DNA of 64,000 bases from Minisyncoccota bacterium. Lineage in GTDB: Bacteria; Patescibacteriota; Minisyncoccia; UBA6257. Positions within the stretch are counted from its first letter, which is position 1, and each line of letters starts with the position of its first letter. Under the pieces are notes generated by a model. The model was not told where the DNA came from, searched no databases, and saw nothing but the letters and a program-made list of their open reading frames with translations. A program made the translations under genes and the position numbers. Shown piece after piece: positions 49,463 to 59,018 of the stretch. The DNA lies in contig JAQVJR010000001.1 of the NCBI GenBank assembly GCA_028695015.1, positions 255,297-319,296 on the forward strand, read 5' to 3'.

Positions 49463-49544
49463 GGAGGGTTGGCAGAATGGCATTGCGCTGCTCTCGAAAA
49501 GCGGTGGGTGAAAACCCTTAGAGGTTCGAATCCTCTACCCTCCG
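49463..49544 (+). tRNA. tRNA-Ser(CGA)
   Basis: Acceptor GGAGGGT/ACCCTCC plus G73, anticodon stem CTGCT/AGCGG, loop CTCGAAA, long variable arm. Confidence 0.75.
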
Positions 49545-49568
49545 CTATTGTTTTAATAATATTATAGA

Positions 49569-51023
49569 ATGGAAAAAAACTTTTACATCACGACAACATT
49601 ACCTTATGTAAATGCTGAGCCTCATTTTGGCCATGCTTTAGAATTTGTTAGAGCTGATATCATTGCCCGTTATAAAAAGCTAATGGGTTTTGATGTTTTT
49701 TTTAATACGGGGACTGATGAACATGGTCAAAAGATATGGGAAGCAGCTAATAAAGAAAATGTAAAAATAGAAGATTATATAAAAACAAATGCTCAGAAAT
49801 TTAAAGATTTGCTAAAAGAACTCAATATTTTAGAAGAAATTCATTTTATTAGGACTACTGATTCTCATCATATTAAAGGCGCTCAAAAATTATGGGAATT
49901 GGTGTTTAAAAATGGTTTTATCTATAAAGCTAATTATAAAGCTAAGTATTGTGTTGGTTGTGAATTGGAAAAAACAGATACAGAATTAATAAATAATAGA
50001 TGCCCTATCCATCCTAATTTAGATATTGTAGAAATAGATGAAGAGAATTATTTTTTTAAATTCTCTGCATTTCAGAAGAAATTATTAGATCTTTATTCTT
50101 CACGTTCAGATTTTGTATTACCTCAATCAAGGCTAAATGAAATTAAATCTTTTGTTTCTAAGGGTATTCATGATTTTTCTGTTTCTCGTTTAAGAGAAAA
50201 AATGCCCTGGGGGGTGCCAGTGCCTGGGGATGAAGAGCAAGTAATGTATGTTTGGTTTGATGCTTTAGCTAATTATATTACCACTCTTGGTTGGCCAGAA
50301 GATGAAAAATTGTTTAATAAGTTTTGGAAAAATGGGACACCGACTCAATATTGTGGTCAGGATAATTTAAGACAACAATCAGCTATGTGGCAAGCAATGT
50401 TAATGGCTGCTGAATTACCTAATAGTTATCAAATAGTGATTAATGGCTTTGTTACCGGACAAGGTGGAATTAAGATGTCTAAATCTCTTGGTAATGTTAT
50501 TAATCCTATAAAACTTATTTCTTTTTATGGAGTTGATGCTTTTCGTTATTATGTTGTGCATCATATTCATCCTTGGGAAGGTTCGCCCATTACCTATGAA
50601 TCATTTCATCAAGCCTATAATGCTGATTTAGTAAATGGATTAGGTAATTTAGCTTCTCGAGTTTTAACAATGGCAGAAAGACATCTCTTGGAGCCAATTA
50701 ATATGGTGAAAAATAAATTACCCCAAGAATGGCATCAGAATCTAGAATCTTTTAGAATTGATTTAGCTTGTGATTTTATTTGGGAAAAAATATCTAATTT
50801 AGATAAAAGAATAAATAAAGAAGAAGCTTTTAAAATTTCTAAAACAGATATTATTAAAGCAAGAAAATTAATATCTGAATATGTAAATGAGCTTTTAGTA
50901 ATTACTCAAATGCTAGAGCCAATATTGCCTCAAACAAGCAAAGAGATAGAAAAATATATTAAATTAAATAAAAAACCAGAGGCAATGTTTCCACGAAAAG
51001 AGATGATAAAGGAAAATACCTGA
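49569..51023 (+). CDS. metG: Methionine--tRNA ligase (short form)
   Basis: TTLPYVNAEPHFGHA (HIGH-type), Cys cluster for zinc, KMSKSLGN motif. 484 aa. Confidence 0.85.
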   Translation: MEKNFYITTTLPYVNAEPHFGHALEFVRADIIARYKKLMGFDVFFNTGTDEHGQKIWEAANKENVKIEDYIKTNAQKFKDLLKELNILEEIHFIRTTDSHHIKGAQKLWELVFKNGFIYKANYKAKYCVGCELEKTDTELINNRCPIHPNLDIVEIDEENYFFKFSAFQKKLLDLYSSRSDFVLPQSRLNEIKSFVSKGIHDFSVSRLREKMPWGVPVPGDEEQVMYVWFDALANYITTLGWPEDEKLFNKFWKNGTPTQYCGQDNLRQQSAMWQAMLMAAELPNSYQIVINGFVTGQGGIKMSKSLGNVINPIKLISFYGVDAFRYYVVHHIHPWEGSPITYESFHQAYNADLVNGLGNLASRVLTMAERHLLEPINMVKNKLPQEWHQNLESFRIDLACDFIWEKISNLDKRINKEEAFKISKTDIIKARKLISEYVNELLVITQMLEPILPQTSKEIEKYIKLNKKPEAMFPRKEMIKENT

Positions 51024-51032
51024 TTTTTAGAT

Positions 51033-51779
51033 TCATATTACTCCTTTGGCTAAAACTAAGCCAATAACTCTTTTAGCACCGTTTTGTTTTAAGACTTTGG
51101 CTGCTTCTTGCATAGTAGCACCAGAAGTATAAACATCATCTATTAAGATAATCCATTTGTTTTTTATTAGATGAGTTTTCTTTTTTGAAATTTCAAAGAT
51201 ATTTTTTACATTTTGTTTTCTCTTAATAAAGCTCTGGGTTTTAGCTTGAGGAGGATTATTTTTTATTCTTATTAAAATATTAAGATCTGTTGGAAAATTA
51301 AAATACGAGGCAATGTTTTTAGTTAATAATTCTGATTGATTGAAATTTCTTTGTTTTTGTTTTTTAAAATGAAGGGGAATAGAGATCAATAGAATATTTT
51401 TTTGTTTCAATAATAGGATAGATTTTGTTTTTTCTAGGTATTTAATCATAAGATTAGATAATGGCTTTTGAAGAGAAACAATCCTTTGGTATTTAAAAAC
51501 ATGAATTACTTGTTTTAAGATTGGGTTTTGATAAGAGCTAGCATATCCTAAGACATCAAGAGATTCTTTTCTTGAGCAACAATTTCCTGATAGATTAATG
51601 ATAGTTTTATTGCAATGAGGGCAGATAAAAAAATGATTGATAATAATGCTTTCTTGGCAATTTTCACAAAGAGGATAATGCTGGGTTTCTTTTTTACAAA
51701 AACAACAATACCAGGGGAAAATGGTTTCTAAAAAAACATTCCAGAAAAAAGACAAGAAATTAAAAAAACGGCAGGGCAT
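51033..51779 (-). CDS. comF: ComF-family competence protein (double zinc ribbon plus phosphoribosyltransferase domain)
   Basis: N-terminal CxxC pairs. C-terminal ILIDDVYTSGATM PRTase motif. Confidence 0.7.
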   Translation of the reverse strand: MPCRFFNFLSFFWNVFLETIFPWYCCFCKKETQHYPLCENCQESIIINHFFICPHCNKTIINLSGNCCSRKESLDVLGYASSYQNPILKQVIHVFKYQRIVSLQKPLSNLMIKYLEKTKSILLLKQKNILLISIPLHFKKQKQRNFNQSELLTKNIASYFNFPTDLNILIRIKNNPPQAKTQSFIKRKQNVKNIFEISKKKTHLIKNKWIILIDDVYTSGATMQEAAKVLKQNGAKRVIGLVLAKGVI

Positions 51780-51841
51780 TTTGTTTTGTATTTTATATGC
51801 GATATACTATATACTATATATAGTATTCATATTATACCTTT

Positions 51842-52894
51842 ATGAGAATTTTTAAGCAAAACTTATTTCTAGGAATAGATATTGGCACCACTTCTATTAA
51901 ATTAGTAGAGTTACGGAGAAAAAGTAATAGAATGGAATTAGCTAATTATGGCATTTTAGAAAAATATGGTCATTTAGAAAGAATTAATGACGCTATTCAA
52001 ACTAACAGTTTTAAATTACTTGAAGAAAGCACAGCCTTGCTTTTAAAACAATTAATAGAAAAGGCGAAGACTCAAAATCAAAATGCTTTTATGACCCTAC
52101 CTAGTTTTTCTGGGTTTACTTCTTTAATGGAACTTCCAGAGATGCCAGATAAGGAAATAGCTAAGGCAGTTAAGTACCAAGCAGGTCAATATATTCCCAT
52201 GTCTCTTCATGAAATGACTTTAGATTGGCAGATTATAGAAAGAGAAGCAGGTAAAATCATTTTACTTTTAATGGCTGTGCCTACTGATATAATTCAAAGA
52301 TATATCCGAAGTGCTGAATTAGCCAAAATAAGATTAAAAGGCCTTGAGTTAGAAAATGTGGCTGTTAGTCGATTATTAGGGAAAAAAGAAAAAGGTGCCT
52401 TGGCCTTAATTGATATTGGTGGTAGAAATACTTCAATTAATATAGTGGATAAGGGTAATTTAAGATTAAGTCGCAATATAGATACTGCTGGTGGGGATTT
52501 TACCCAGGTGCTAAGTAGTGGTCTAGGAGTTAGTCCTATGCGAGCTGAGCAATTAAAAAAAGCTTCTGGATTGAATCTTCAAGCAGGAGGCGAGGTAAAA
52601 GTATTAAATCTTCTTATGCCCTTATTAGATGTTATTAAAAGGGAAACAGAAAAGGTAATTGGTAATTATTATTTAAGAACTAAAAAGCAAGTAGAGAAAA
52701 TAATCTTAACTGGTGGTGGCTCTAATTTACAAGGACTGGATGAATATTATTCTCAACAAATGTCATTGCCAGTTATTAAAAGTGATCCTTTTAACTTAGG
52801 GCTAATTTCTTATGATCCAAGCTTGCTTCCTATTATAAAAGAAATTGGTCCTTGCTTGACTAGTGCTTGCGCTGTTGTTTTTAAAGATATATAA
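51842..52894 (+). CDS. pilM: Type IV pilus assembly protein PilM
   Basis: Actin-like ATPase fold start LGIDIGTTSIKLVEL. 350 aa. Confidence 0.75.
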   Translation: MRIFKQNLFLGIDIGTTSIKLVELRRKSNRMELANYGILEKYGHLERINDAIQTNSFKLLEESTALLLKQLIEKAKTQNQNAFMTLPSFSGFTSLMELPEMPDKEIAKAVKYQAGQYIPMSLHEMTLDWQIIEREAGKIILLLMAVPTDIIQRYIRSAELAKIRLKGLELENVAVSRLLGKKEKGALALIDIGGRNTSINIVDKGNLRLSRNIDTAGGDFTQVLSSGLGVSPMRAEQLKKASGLNLQAGGEVKVLNLLMPLLDVIKRETEKVIGNYYLRTKKQVEKIILTGGGSNLQGLDEYYSQQMSLPVIKSDPFNLGLISYDPSLLPIIKEIGPCLTSACAVVFKDI

Positions 52895-52970
52895 TAGATA
52901 TGATAAGATAAAAATAATTTGCTTTTAAAAGAAAAAGAGTTAAAATAAATAGAGATAATAAAATATCAAT

Positions 52971-53531
52971 ATGGTAGATCGAACAGCAATGGAATCTTTA
53001 AAAACAAAAGAACTTCCTCCTACTTGGCCAAAAGGACTTTTGACTTTTTTTATTGTAATTTTTCTCGTTGTCTTAGGAGCTTACTTTGGTCTTAATTTTT
53101 GGAACCAGAATCAAGTTTCAAAACTGGATATTTTAGAAGATGAATTTCAAAACATTAGAAGCAGTTTTAGTATTGATGAAGAACAAAAAGTTGTTTTGTT
53201 TGAAAGGAAATTAAATGCCTTAAATAATCTTTTAAATAATCATATTTATTTTTCTAATATCCTATCTTTATTTGAAGAATTAACTCATCCACAAGTTTAT
53301 TATTCAAGATTAGATTTTTCATTAAATAAGAACTTTATTAGCTTAAACGGCGTTGCTAAAGACCAGGGGATATTAAGTGAAGCTATTAATGGTTTAATTA
53401 ATAATCCAGAAAAAGTTAAGGCAGTTGTTTTAAAAGAAATGCAGATTGATTTAAAAAACCTGGTTAATTTTTCTTATGATATTTATTTCAATCCTAATGT
53501 ATTAAAACATCAATTAAATGAAGGAAACTAG
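52971..53531 (+). CDS. PilN-like bitopic pilus assembly protein
   Basis: Single N-terminal TM then a periplasmic coiled-coil/ferredoxin-like region. Position after pilM. Confidence 0.4.
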   Translation: MVDRTAMESLKTKELPPTWPKGLLTFFIVIFLVVLGAYFGLNFWNQNQVSKLDILEDEFQNIRSSFSIDEEQKVVLFERKLNALNNLLNNHIYFSNILSLFEELTHPQVYYSRLDFSLNKNFISLNGVAKDQGILSEAINGLINNPEKVKAVVLKEMQIDLKNLVNFSYDIYFNPNVLKHQLNEGN

Positions 53532-54069
53532 CAAACAAAATCTAGCTATTTTATTGATAACCATATTAGTGGCGGCAACAATCTTTTTATTTATTCGTTT
53601 TATTCAACCAGCAATCACTGAGTCAAAAGGATTATCTGCTAAAATAGCTGAAGAAAAAGAGAAAATATCTTTGCTTCAAGAATACAAGGCAAAATCAGAA
53701 TCTTTAGTTCAGGCATATTTTGATTTGGGAGAGCAAGTCAATGATATTTATTTGGCCCTACCTGACGATTCACAAACAGCTCAATTAATAGCTACCCTTG
53801 ATGCTATTTCCAAAAGAACTGAAATTCCTTTTTCTTATTTAAGTTTTACAGAGTCAAAGCAGGAAGGTCAGAATTATTTAGAGATTAAAACTAGTTTTAC
53901 AACCACTTATGAGAATTTTAAGAATTGGTTAGCAGAAATAGAAAGAGAATTGAGATTAATTGATTTAACTAGAGTTAATATAGAGGTTGGTCGGGATGTT
54001 AAATCTTCTTTAAACAAATTTGATGTAGAGATGAGAGCTTATTTCTTAAATAATAGTGAGGTAAAATAA
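53518..54069 (+). CDS. PilO-like bitopic pilus assembly protein
   Basis: Single TM plus coiled coil. Overlaps the PilN stop. Position in the operon. Confidence 0.4.
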   Translation: MKETSKQNLAILLITILVAATIFLFIRFIQPAITESKGLSAKIAEEKEKISLLQEYKAKSESLVQAYFDLGEQVNDIYLALPDDSQTAQLIATLDAISKRTEIPFSYLSFTESKQEGQNYLEIKTSFTTTYENFKNWLAEIERELRLIDLTRVNIEVGRDVKSSLNKFDVEMRAYFLNNSEVK

Positions 54070-54084
54070 TTTCATTTAATTATT

Positions 54085-54378
54085 ATGGCTATAGAAGTTA
54101 AGCAACAGAAACAAAGCAATTTAGGAGTATTATTAATTTTTATCCTTATTTTAGTTATTGGTGGTTGGTTTGCTTGGAATTTTTTAAAACCCATAGAGAT
54201 TTTACAAAAACCAAGTATAGAAGATCTACTTCCTGGCTCTACTCATGATCTAACCAGAATTGAATTAAATGTTAATGAGGTTTTTAGCCATCCAGTTTTT
54301 CAAACATTATTCCCTCATGTTATCTGGCCTTTGGAAATTCCACAATTAGGCCGCAATAATCCCTTTGCTCCTTTTTAA
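54085..54378 (+). CDS. Hypothetical small bitopic membrane protein (pilus-operon member)
   Basis: 97 aa, one TM helix, lies between the pilO-like gene and pilB. Confidence 0.3.
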   Translation: MAIEVKQQKQSNLGVLLIFILILVIGGWFAWNFLKPIEILQKPSIEDLLPGSTHDLTRIELNVNEVFSHPVFQTLFPHVIWPLEIPQLGRNNPFAPF

Positions 54379-54440
54379 AGAATATATGTTCTAGATTGAG
54401 CAAAGTTTTAATTAATACATTGTTCATATATTAATATCAT

Positions 54441-56195
54441 ATGGTTCAAGAAGAATTATTTCTTTCAACGCTTATTCAAAGAGGTTTAATAAAACAAAGT
54501 GAAGCTTCAAGTCTTCTTCAAGAGGCACAAGGCTTAGAAAAGAATGTTGAGGAACTTATCAATGAAAGGAAGTTAGTGGATGAAAAGATTCTCGCCCAAC
54601 TTAAAGGCGAGCTTTTTAATTTACCAATTAAGCAATTTACCAAAGATGAAATTATCCCTCAGAGTATTTTGAATTTAATCCCAGAAGACACAGCTCGTTT
54701 CTACAATGTGATTGCTTTTAATAAAGAGAATAATGTTTTGGAGATAGGAATGGTTTATCCAAATAATTTAAAAGCCCAAGAAGCTTTAAAATTTTCAGCC
54801 AGTCGTTTAAATTTAGATCTTAGGGTTTATATCATCACTTTAACTGATTTAAAAAATATCTTAACCCAGTACCAAACCTTTACTAAAGAATTTAAAGCAT
54901 TAGTAGAGGATTTTCAAAGAAGATTTGCCGGAGTACCTAAAAAAACAGCTACTTTTAAATTAATAGACTTAGAATCTACTGCTGGTGCTGTAGCTGAAGA
55001 AGCACCTATTATTAGGCTTTTTGCTTCAATTTTAAAATTTGCTGTGCGCTCTAGAGCTTCTGATATTCATATTGAGCCAGAAAGAAATAAATTAAGAGTT
55101 AGGTTACGTGTTGATGGTAATTTAACTACAACCTTAACATTGCCTTTTGCTGTTCATTCGGCAATTGTTAGTCGGGTAAAGATAATGGCTAACTTAAAGA
55201 TTGATGAAACAAGAATACCTCAAGATGGGCGTTTTTTCTCAATGATAGATGAAAAAGAAATTGATTTTAGGATTTCAACATTTCCTACAGCCCTAGGGGA
55301 GAAGATAGCTATTAGAATTTTAGACCCCACAGTGGGTTTAAAAAGCATTCATGAATTAGGTCTTGAGGGAAGAAATTTGGAAATTTTACAATCAGAAATT
55401 TTAAAACCTTATGGGATGATTTTAATTACTGGACCTACAGGCTCTGGTAAAACAACGACTCTTTATGCATTAATGCAGATTTTAAATCAAGATAAAGTTA
55501 ATGTTATGAGTTTAGAAGATCCAGTAGAATACACTATGGAAGGAATTAATCAATCTCAGGTTTTGCCAGAAATTGGCTATACTTTTGCCAGGGGATTGCG
55601 TCATATGGTGCGTCAAGACCCAGATATTATAATGGTTGGGGAAATTCGAGACACAGAAACAGCAGAATTAGCAGTTCATTCTGCTTTAACTGGACATCTG
55701 GTTCTTTCAACCTTGCATACTAATAATGCTATTGGGGTTATCCCTCGTTTATTAGATTTAGATGTTGATTCTTATTTATTACCTTCTTCTTTAAATTTAA
55801 TGGTTGCTCAGCGTTTGGCTAGAAGATTATGTCCTGAATGCAAGAAAAAGGTCTTGGCTACAGAAAAAGAACAACAAATTATTGAAGAATCTCTATCTGC
55901 TTTATCAAAAGAAGCCAAGGAAAAATTATCTTTTCAAAAACCTTATCATGTATATAAAACCAAAGGCTGTCCAACTTGCAACAATAAAGGGTATATGGGT
56001 AGGGTAGCTATTTTTGAGGTAATGAGAATGACTCCTGAATTAGAGCAAATAATTTTATCTCAACCTTCACAAGAAAGGCTTTTTGCCGAGGCTAAGAGAC
56101 AAGGAATGATTACCTTACAACAAGATGGAGTATTAAAAGCATTAGCAGGATTAGTAAGCTTAGAAGAAATTCTTTCTATAACTTCAAGGTATTAA
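54441..56195 (+). CDS. pilB: Type IV pilus assembly ATPase PilB (GspE family)
   Basis: N-terminal GspE_N domains, Walker A GPTGSGKTTT, tetracysteine CPEC...CPTC zinc motif. 584 aa. Confidence 0.85.
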   Translation: MVQEELFLSTLIQRGLIKQSEASSLLQEAQGLEKNVEELINERKLVDEKILAQLKGELFNLPIKQFTKDEIIPQSILNLIPEDTARFYNVIAFNKENNVLEIGMVYPNNLKAQEALKFSASRLNLDLRVYIITLTDLKNILTQYQTFTKEFKALVEDFQRRFAGVPKKTATFKLIDLESTAGAVAEEAPIIRLFASILKFAVRSRASDIHIEPERNKLRVRLRVDGNLTTTLTLPFAVHSAIVSRVKIMANLKIDETRIPQDGRFFSMIDEKEIDFRISTFPTALGEKIAIRILDPTVGLKSIHELGLEGRNLEILQSEILKPYGMILITGPTGSGKTTTLYALMQILNQDKVNVMSLEDPVEYTMEGINQSQVLPEIGYTFARGLRHMVRQDPDIIMVGEIRDTETAELAVHSALTGHLVLSTLHTNNAIGVIPRLLDLDVDSYLLPSSLNLMVAQRLARRLCPECKKKVLATEKEQQIIEESLSALSKEAKEKLSFQKPYHVYKTKGCPTCNNKGYMGRVAIFEVMRMTPELEQIILSQPSQERLFAEAKRQGMITLQQDGVLKALAGLVSLEEILSITSRY

Positions 56196-56198
56196 ATT

Positions 56199-56276
56199 CC
56201 TTGACAAACTTTTTTCATTTGATATACTATTAATGCTGTCGTTTTTGGCTTGCCAGAAGCGGCAGCATTTTTTATT
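56199..56276 (+). repeat. Copy B of the promoter-hairpin-U-tract module (also the likely pilB terminator)
   Basis: CTTGACAAACTTTTTTCATTTGATATACT-ATT-AATGCTGTCG[18-nt loop]CGGCAGCATTTTTTATTA. Matches copy A at 10614..10694 at about 31 of the 36 upstream positions and in both stem arms. Confidence 0.55.
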
Positions 56277-56286
56277 ACCTTCCCTC

Positions 56287-56315
56287 TTGACAAATCAAAT
56301 CTAAAGATGTATACT
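56287..56315 (+). promoter_or_regulatory. Sigma-70-type promoter (TTGACA-17-TATACT) for the lipoprotein gene 56372
   Basis: TTGACAaatcaaatctaaagatgTATACT, then AAAGGAGCAAAAAGA-ATG with an SD. Confidence 0.5.
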
Positions 56316-56371
56316 TAGAATAGTTTTTAGCACTTTTAAAATCAAAAAATATTAAGAAAGGAGCAAAAAGA

Positions 56372-56818
56372 ATGAAAATGAATAGAATGTTTCTTGTTTT
56401 AATGTTAGTAATTTTTTTACTAACAGGATGTAGTGGTAATGGAGTAATTCCTCCTCCAGTAGAAGAGCCACCAGTAGAGATAATAGAAGAAATAGTTGAG
56501 AGGTTTGTTGGTACATGGCTAAATGTGGATAAAAATACAGACAATGTAACCAAGATTGTTATAGCGGAAATTGATAATTATTTATCTATAAGAGTATGGG
56601 GGAAGTGTCATCCTGATGACTGTGATTGGGGGAAAAAATTTATAAAGAAAAACGAAGTAATGGATGGAGTAATAAAGTTAACTTGGCTGTTTTCAGGAAC
56701 AGAAGTTGTGCAAGAAATTATTTTACTAAATGATCCCAATGGCAGGATTAATGTAAAATACGATTATAATTATTTAGGAATAGAGTCTAATGTAACAGAA
56801 GCAATGTACAAGTCATAA
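56372..56818 (+). CDS. Secreted lipoprotein of unknown function
   Basis: Signal peptide with LLTGC lipobox. Pro/Glu-rich linker. CHPDDCDWG Cys pair. Confidence 0.4.
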   Translation: MKMNRMFLVLMLVIFLLTGCSGNGVIPPPVEEPPVEIIEEIVERFVGTWLNVDKNTDNVTKIVIAEIDNYLSIRVWGKCHPDDCDWGKKFIKKNEVMDGVIKLTWLFSGTEVVQEIILLNDPNGRINVKYDYNYLGIESNVTEAMYKS

Positions 56819-56826
56819 ATAAATGA

Positions 56827-56862
56827 AAAAAAGGGCAAATTAATTAATTTGCCCTTTTAAAA
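56827..56862 (+). terminator. Intrinsic terminator
   Basis: AAAAGGGCAAATTAATTAATTTGCCCTTTTAAAA. Confidence 0.65.
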
Positions 56863-56957
56863 TTCCTTACTCAAGACTTGACCCAATATCTTATAAAGGT
56901 ATAATAAATAGAGGCTCTAAAAGAGAGGTTTTTATAAAATTTATAATAAATAAATAC

Positions 56958-57557
56958 ATGAATAAAAAATACATTATTATATTAGGTTCAATTTTTATAG
57001 TTTTAATAATAGCTTTTGGTTTAATTATATATTTTCAGAAAAAACCACTTGATTTAAGTTTTTATGATAATTTACCCTCGGCAGATAGGTGTGAGAATTT
57101 AATGGAAGATAATGCATTTGCAGTGTGTTGCATGAAAGATGAAAAGTTTTATTCTTGTGCTGAGCGCGAAGAATTTAAGCCTGGGGAAGAAATAAAAATT
57201 TTGATAGATCTTCCTAAATTCCCTGAGGTTGAAATATTTTCTGATTATAATTATGTATGCTTAAGCACAGATATTAATCGTAAAAATACAGAAGGAGAAA
57301 TTATTTTCTTTCCAGAGGAATGCTTTGTTTTCTCTAGAGAATCTTTAGCAGAAATATCAGGGGTTATTCCTTCTGCTGATGAGTGTATGTCATGTAGGCG
57401 CGCACCAAATGATCCTTATGGTATTTTTACTCTATTAAAGATTAATCTATATCCAGATTTTTATAAACAAGTATTAGTAGAAAAAGAAACAGAAGAAGGA
57501 ATAGTTGAAAGTGATGAACTTACGATTTTAAATTTAAAGGCCAAAGTGTCTAATTAA
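56958..57557 (+). CDS. Hypothetical membrane-anchored Cys-containing extracellular protein
   Basis: N-terminal TM. 10 Cys in CxxxxxxxCC / CxxC arrangements. No known domain. Confidence 0.3.
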   Translation: MNKKYIIILGSIFIVLIIAFGLIIYFQKKPLDLSFYDNLPSADRCENLMEDNAFAVCCMKDEKFYSCAEREEFKPGEEIKILIDLPKFPEVEIFSDYNYVCLSTDINRKNTEGEIIFFPEECFVFSRESLAEISGVIPSADECMSCRRAPNDPYGIFTLLKINLYPDFYKQVLVEKETEEGIVESDELTILNLKAKVSN

Positions 57558-57579
57558 TCTAAATTATAAATTCAATATC

Positions 57580-58938
57580 ATGAATAATTTAATAGGATAT
57601 AAAAAGATGCGAGTGATTACTTATTTTTTACTTATATTTTTAATATCATTTTCTGTATTTTTTTATATTAACAATTTTACACAGAATTTATTTGCTGCTT
57701 GTCAAGACGACGGAGCTACTACAACTACTACTACTAAAGCTACTACTACCACAACAAAGAGACAGACAACAACAACGACAAAAAGTGGAGGATGTGGCAG
57801 TGGTGGAGATGATGGAGGAGGTAGTAATGGAGGGGGTTATATTCCTGGCCCTGGTGAAACAGGGAGTTCGCCTAATGGAGGAAATGGGGGTCCGTGCGCA
57901 CCACCTGTTGAGTGTTCAAAGTGGGTGATGTGTAAATACTGTGACGAGCAAGGCAAATGTACATCAGTGAGGGAGTGCGAGAGATGTGATCGAACAACAT
58001 GCATTAATGACTCAACTTGTAAATCAGTTATGAAACAACAAACATATAATCTTTGCTTAAATGGTATTTGCACTCAGGTGTCAACAAATTATGCTGATCC
58101 TTCTGGTTTTTTTCTTACTGATGAATGTTCTAATGTAGGAGGTAAGTGTGATATAGGATGTCCTCGTTATTTAGCTTGTTCATCAACATACAGAACATTT
58201 GTTGATAATCAAGGACAAACTCAAATACTAACAGTATATACATGCGCTAGAAGTGATTTCGCTACGCATAATGAATGCGCCAAACCTTCAGATTGTGGTC
58301 CACAAAGCAGCAGTACAGAGCAAAGCAGTACAATATCATGTCAAGTCTGTAATAATAAACAACAATGCGTAAGGCAGTCTTTTAAAGCTTCTTCATGCAC
58401 AAAAGTAAAATCCCAAGGATATACATTGTGCACTAATAATCAAGATTGCAGAGATGCTTCTCTGCCACCAACTGAAAATGGAGATTCAGAGAATGGAACA
58501 AATGGTAATGGAGGTTATTATATCCCCACATGCTCCATTAACAAATTTGAATTACCCAATCATGTCTGGACAGGAGTTAATTATGAAGCAAAATGGTCTA
58601 CCAATAGTGATTGTAAATGGGGTGAAATCACTTGTAAATTAGGAGATGAAGATTGTGGAGATAATGAAACTCTTAGTGGTGAGGTAACAGTTGGCTCTAT
58701 TGATCATGAAAAGTCTTTCCATATCACAACACCAGGTGTCTATACATATCAATTAAAAGCCTGTTATGACAAAAACAATGAAAATACTTGTGTTACTTGG
58801 GAAGATACTCTTGGTACTGAATTAGACTACATAGAAGTCCAAGCAGTTAACCTTCCTTGGTGGCAAGAAATCATTCCTGTTCTACCTGATAAACTCCAAG
58901 GATTCTTAAGGGGATTGTTTTTAAGTTTTAATAAATAA
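57580..58938 (+). CDS. Secreted Thr-rich, extremely Cys-rich protein (adhesin/toxin-like, unknown function)
   Basis: Signal/TM, TTTTTTKATTTTTKRQTTTTTK mucin-like linker, Gly-rich stretch, then ~45 Cys in repeated CxxxC/CxC knots. Locally elevated GC. Confidence 0.35.
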   Translation: MNNLIGYKKMRVITYFLLIFLISFSVFFYINNFTQNLFAACQDDGATTTTTTKATTTTTKRQTTTTTKSGGCGSGGDDGGGSNGGGYIPGPGETGSSPNGGNGGPCAPPVECSKWVMCKYCDEQGKCTSVRECERCDRTTCINDSTCKSVMKQQTYNLCLNGICTQVSTNYADPSGFFLTDECSNVGGKCDIGCPRYLACSSTYRTFVDNQGQTQILTVYTCARSDFATHNECAKPSDCGPQSSSTEQSSTISCQVCNNKQQCVRQSFKASSCTKVKSQGYTLCTNNQDCRDASLPPTENGDSENGTNGNGGYYIPTCSINKFELPNHVWTGVNYEAKWSTNSDCKWGEITCKLGDEDCGDNETLSGEVTVGSIDHEKSFHITTPGVYTYQLKACYDKNNENTCVTWEDTLGTELDYIEVQAVNLPWWQEIIPVLPDKLQGFLRGLFLSFNK

Positions 58939-58966
58939 ATTTTAAGTTAAATACAAGCTAAAGTTA

Positions 58967-58998
58967 AAATGCATGGGAATTAGTTTCCATGCATTTTG
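58967..58998 (+). terminator. Intrinsic terminator
   Basis: AAAATGCATGGGAA-TTAG-TTTCCATGCATTTTGG. Confidence 0.6.
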
Positions 58999-59018
58999 GT
59001 TTATGCTATAATTTTTTT

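Noticed and set aside
51780-51841. TATACTATATACTATATATAGTAT run upstream of pilM that might be a repeat or CRISPR-like element
   Set aside because: It is a single short AT dinucleotide-type stretch in a promoter region, with no spacer-repeat periodicity. No CRISPR array exists in the window.
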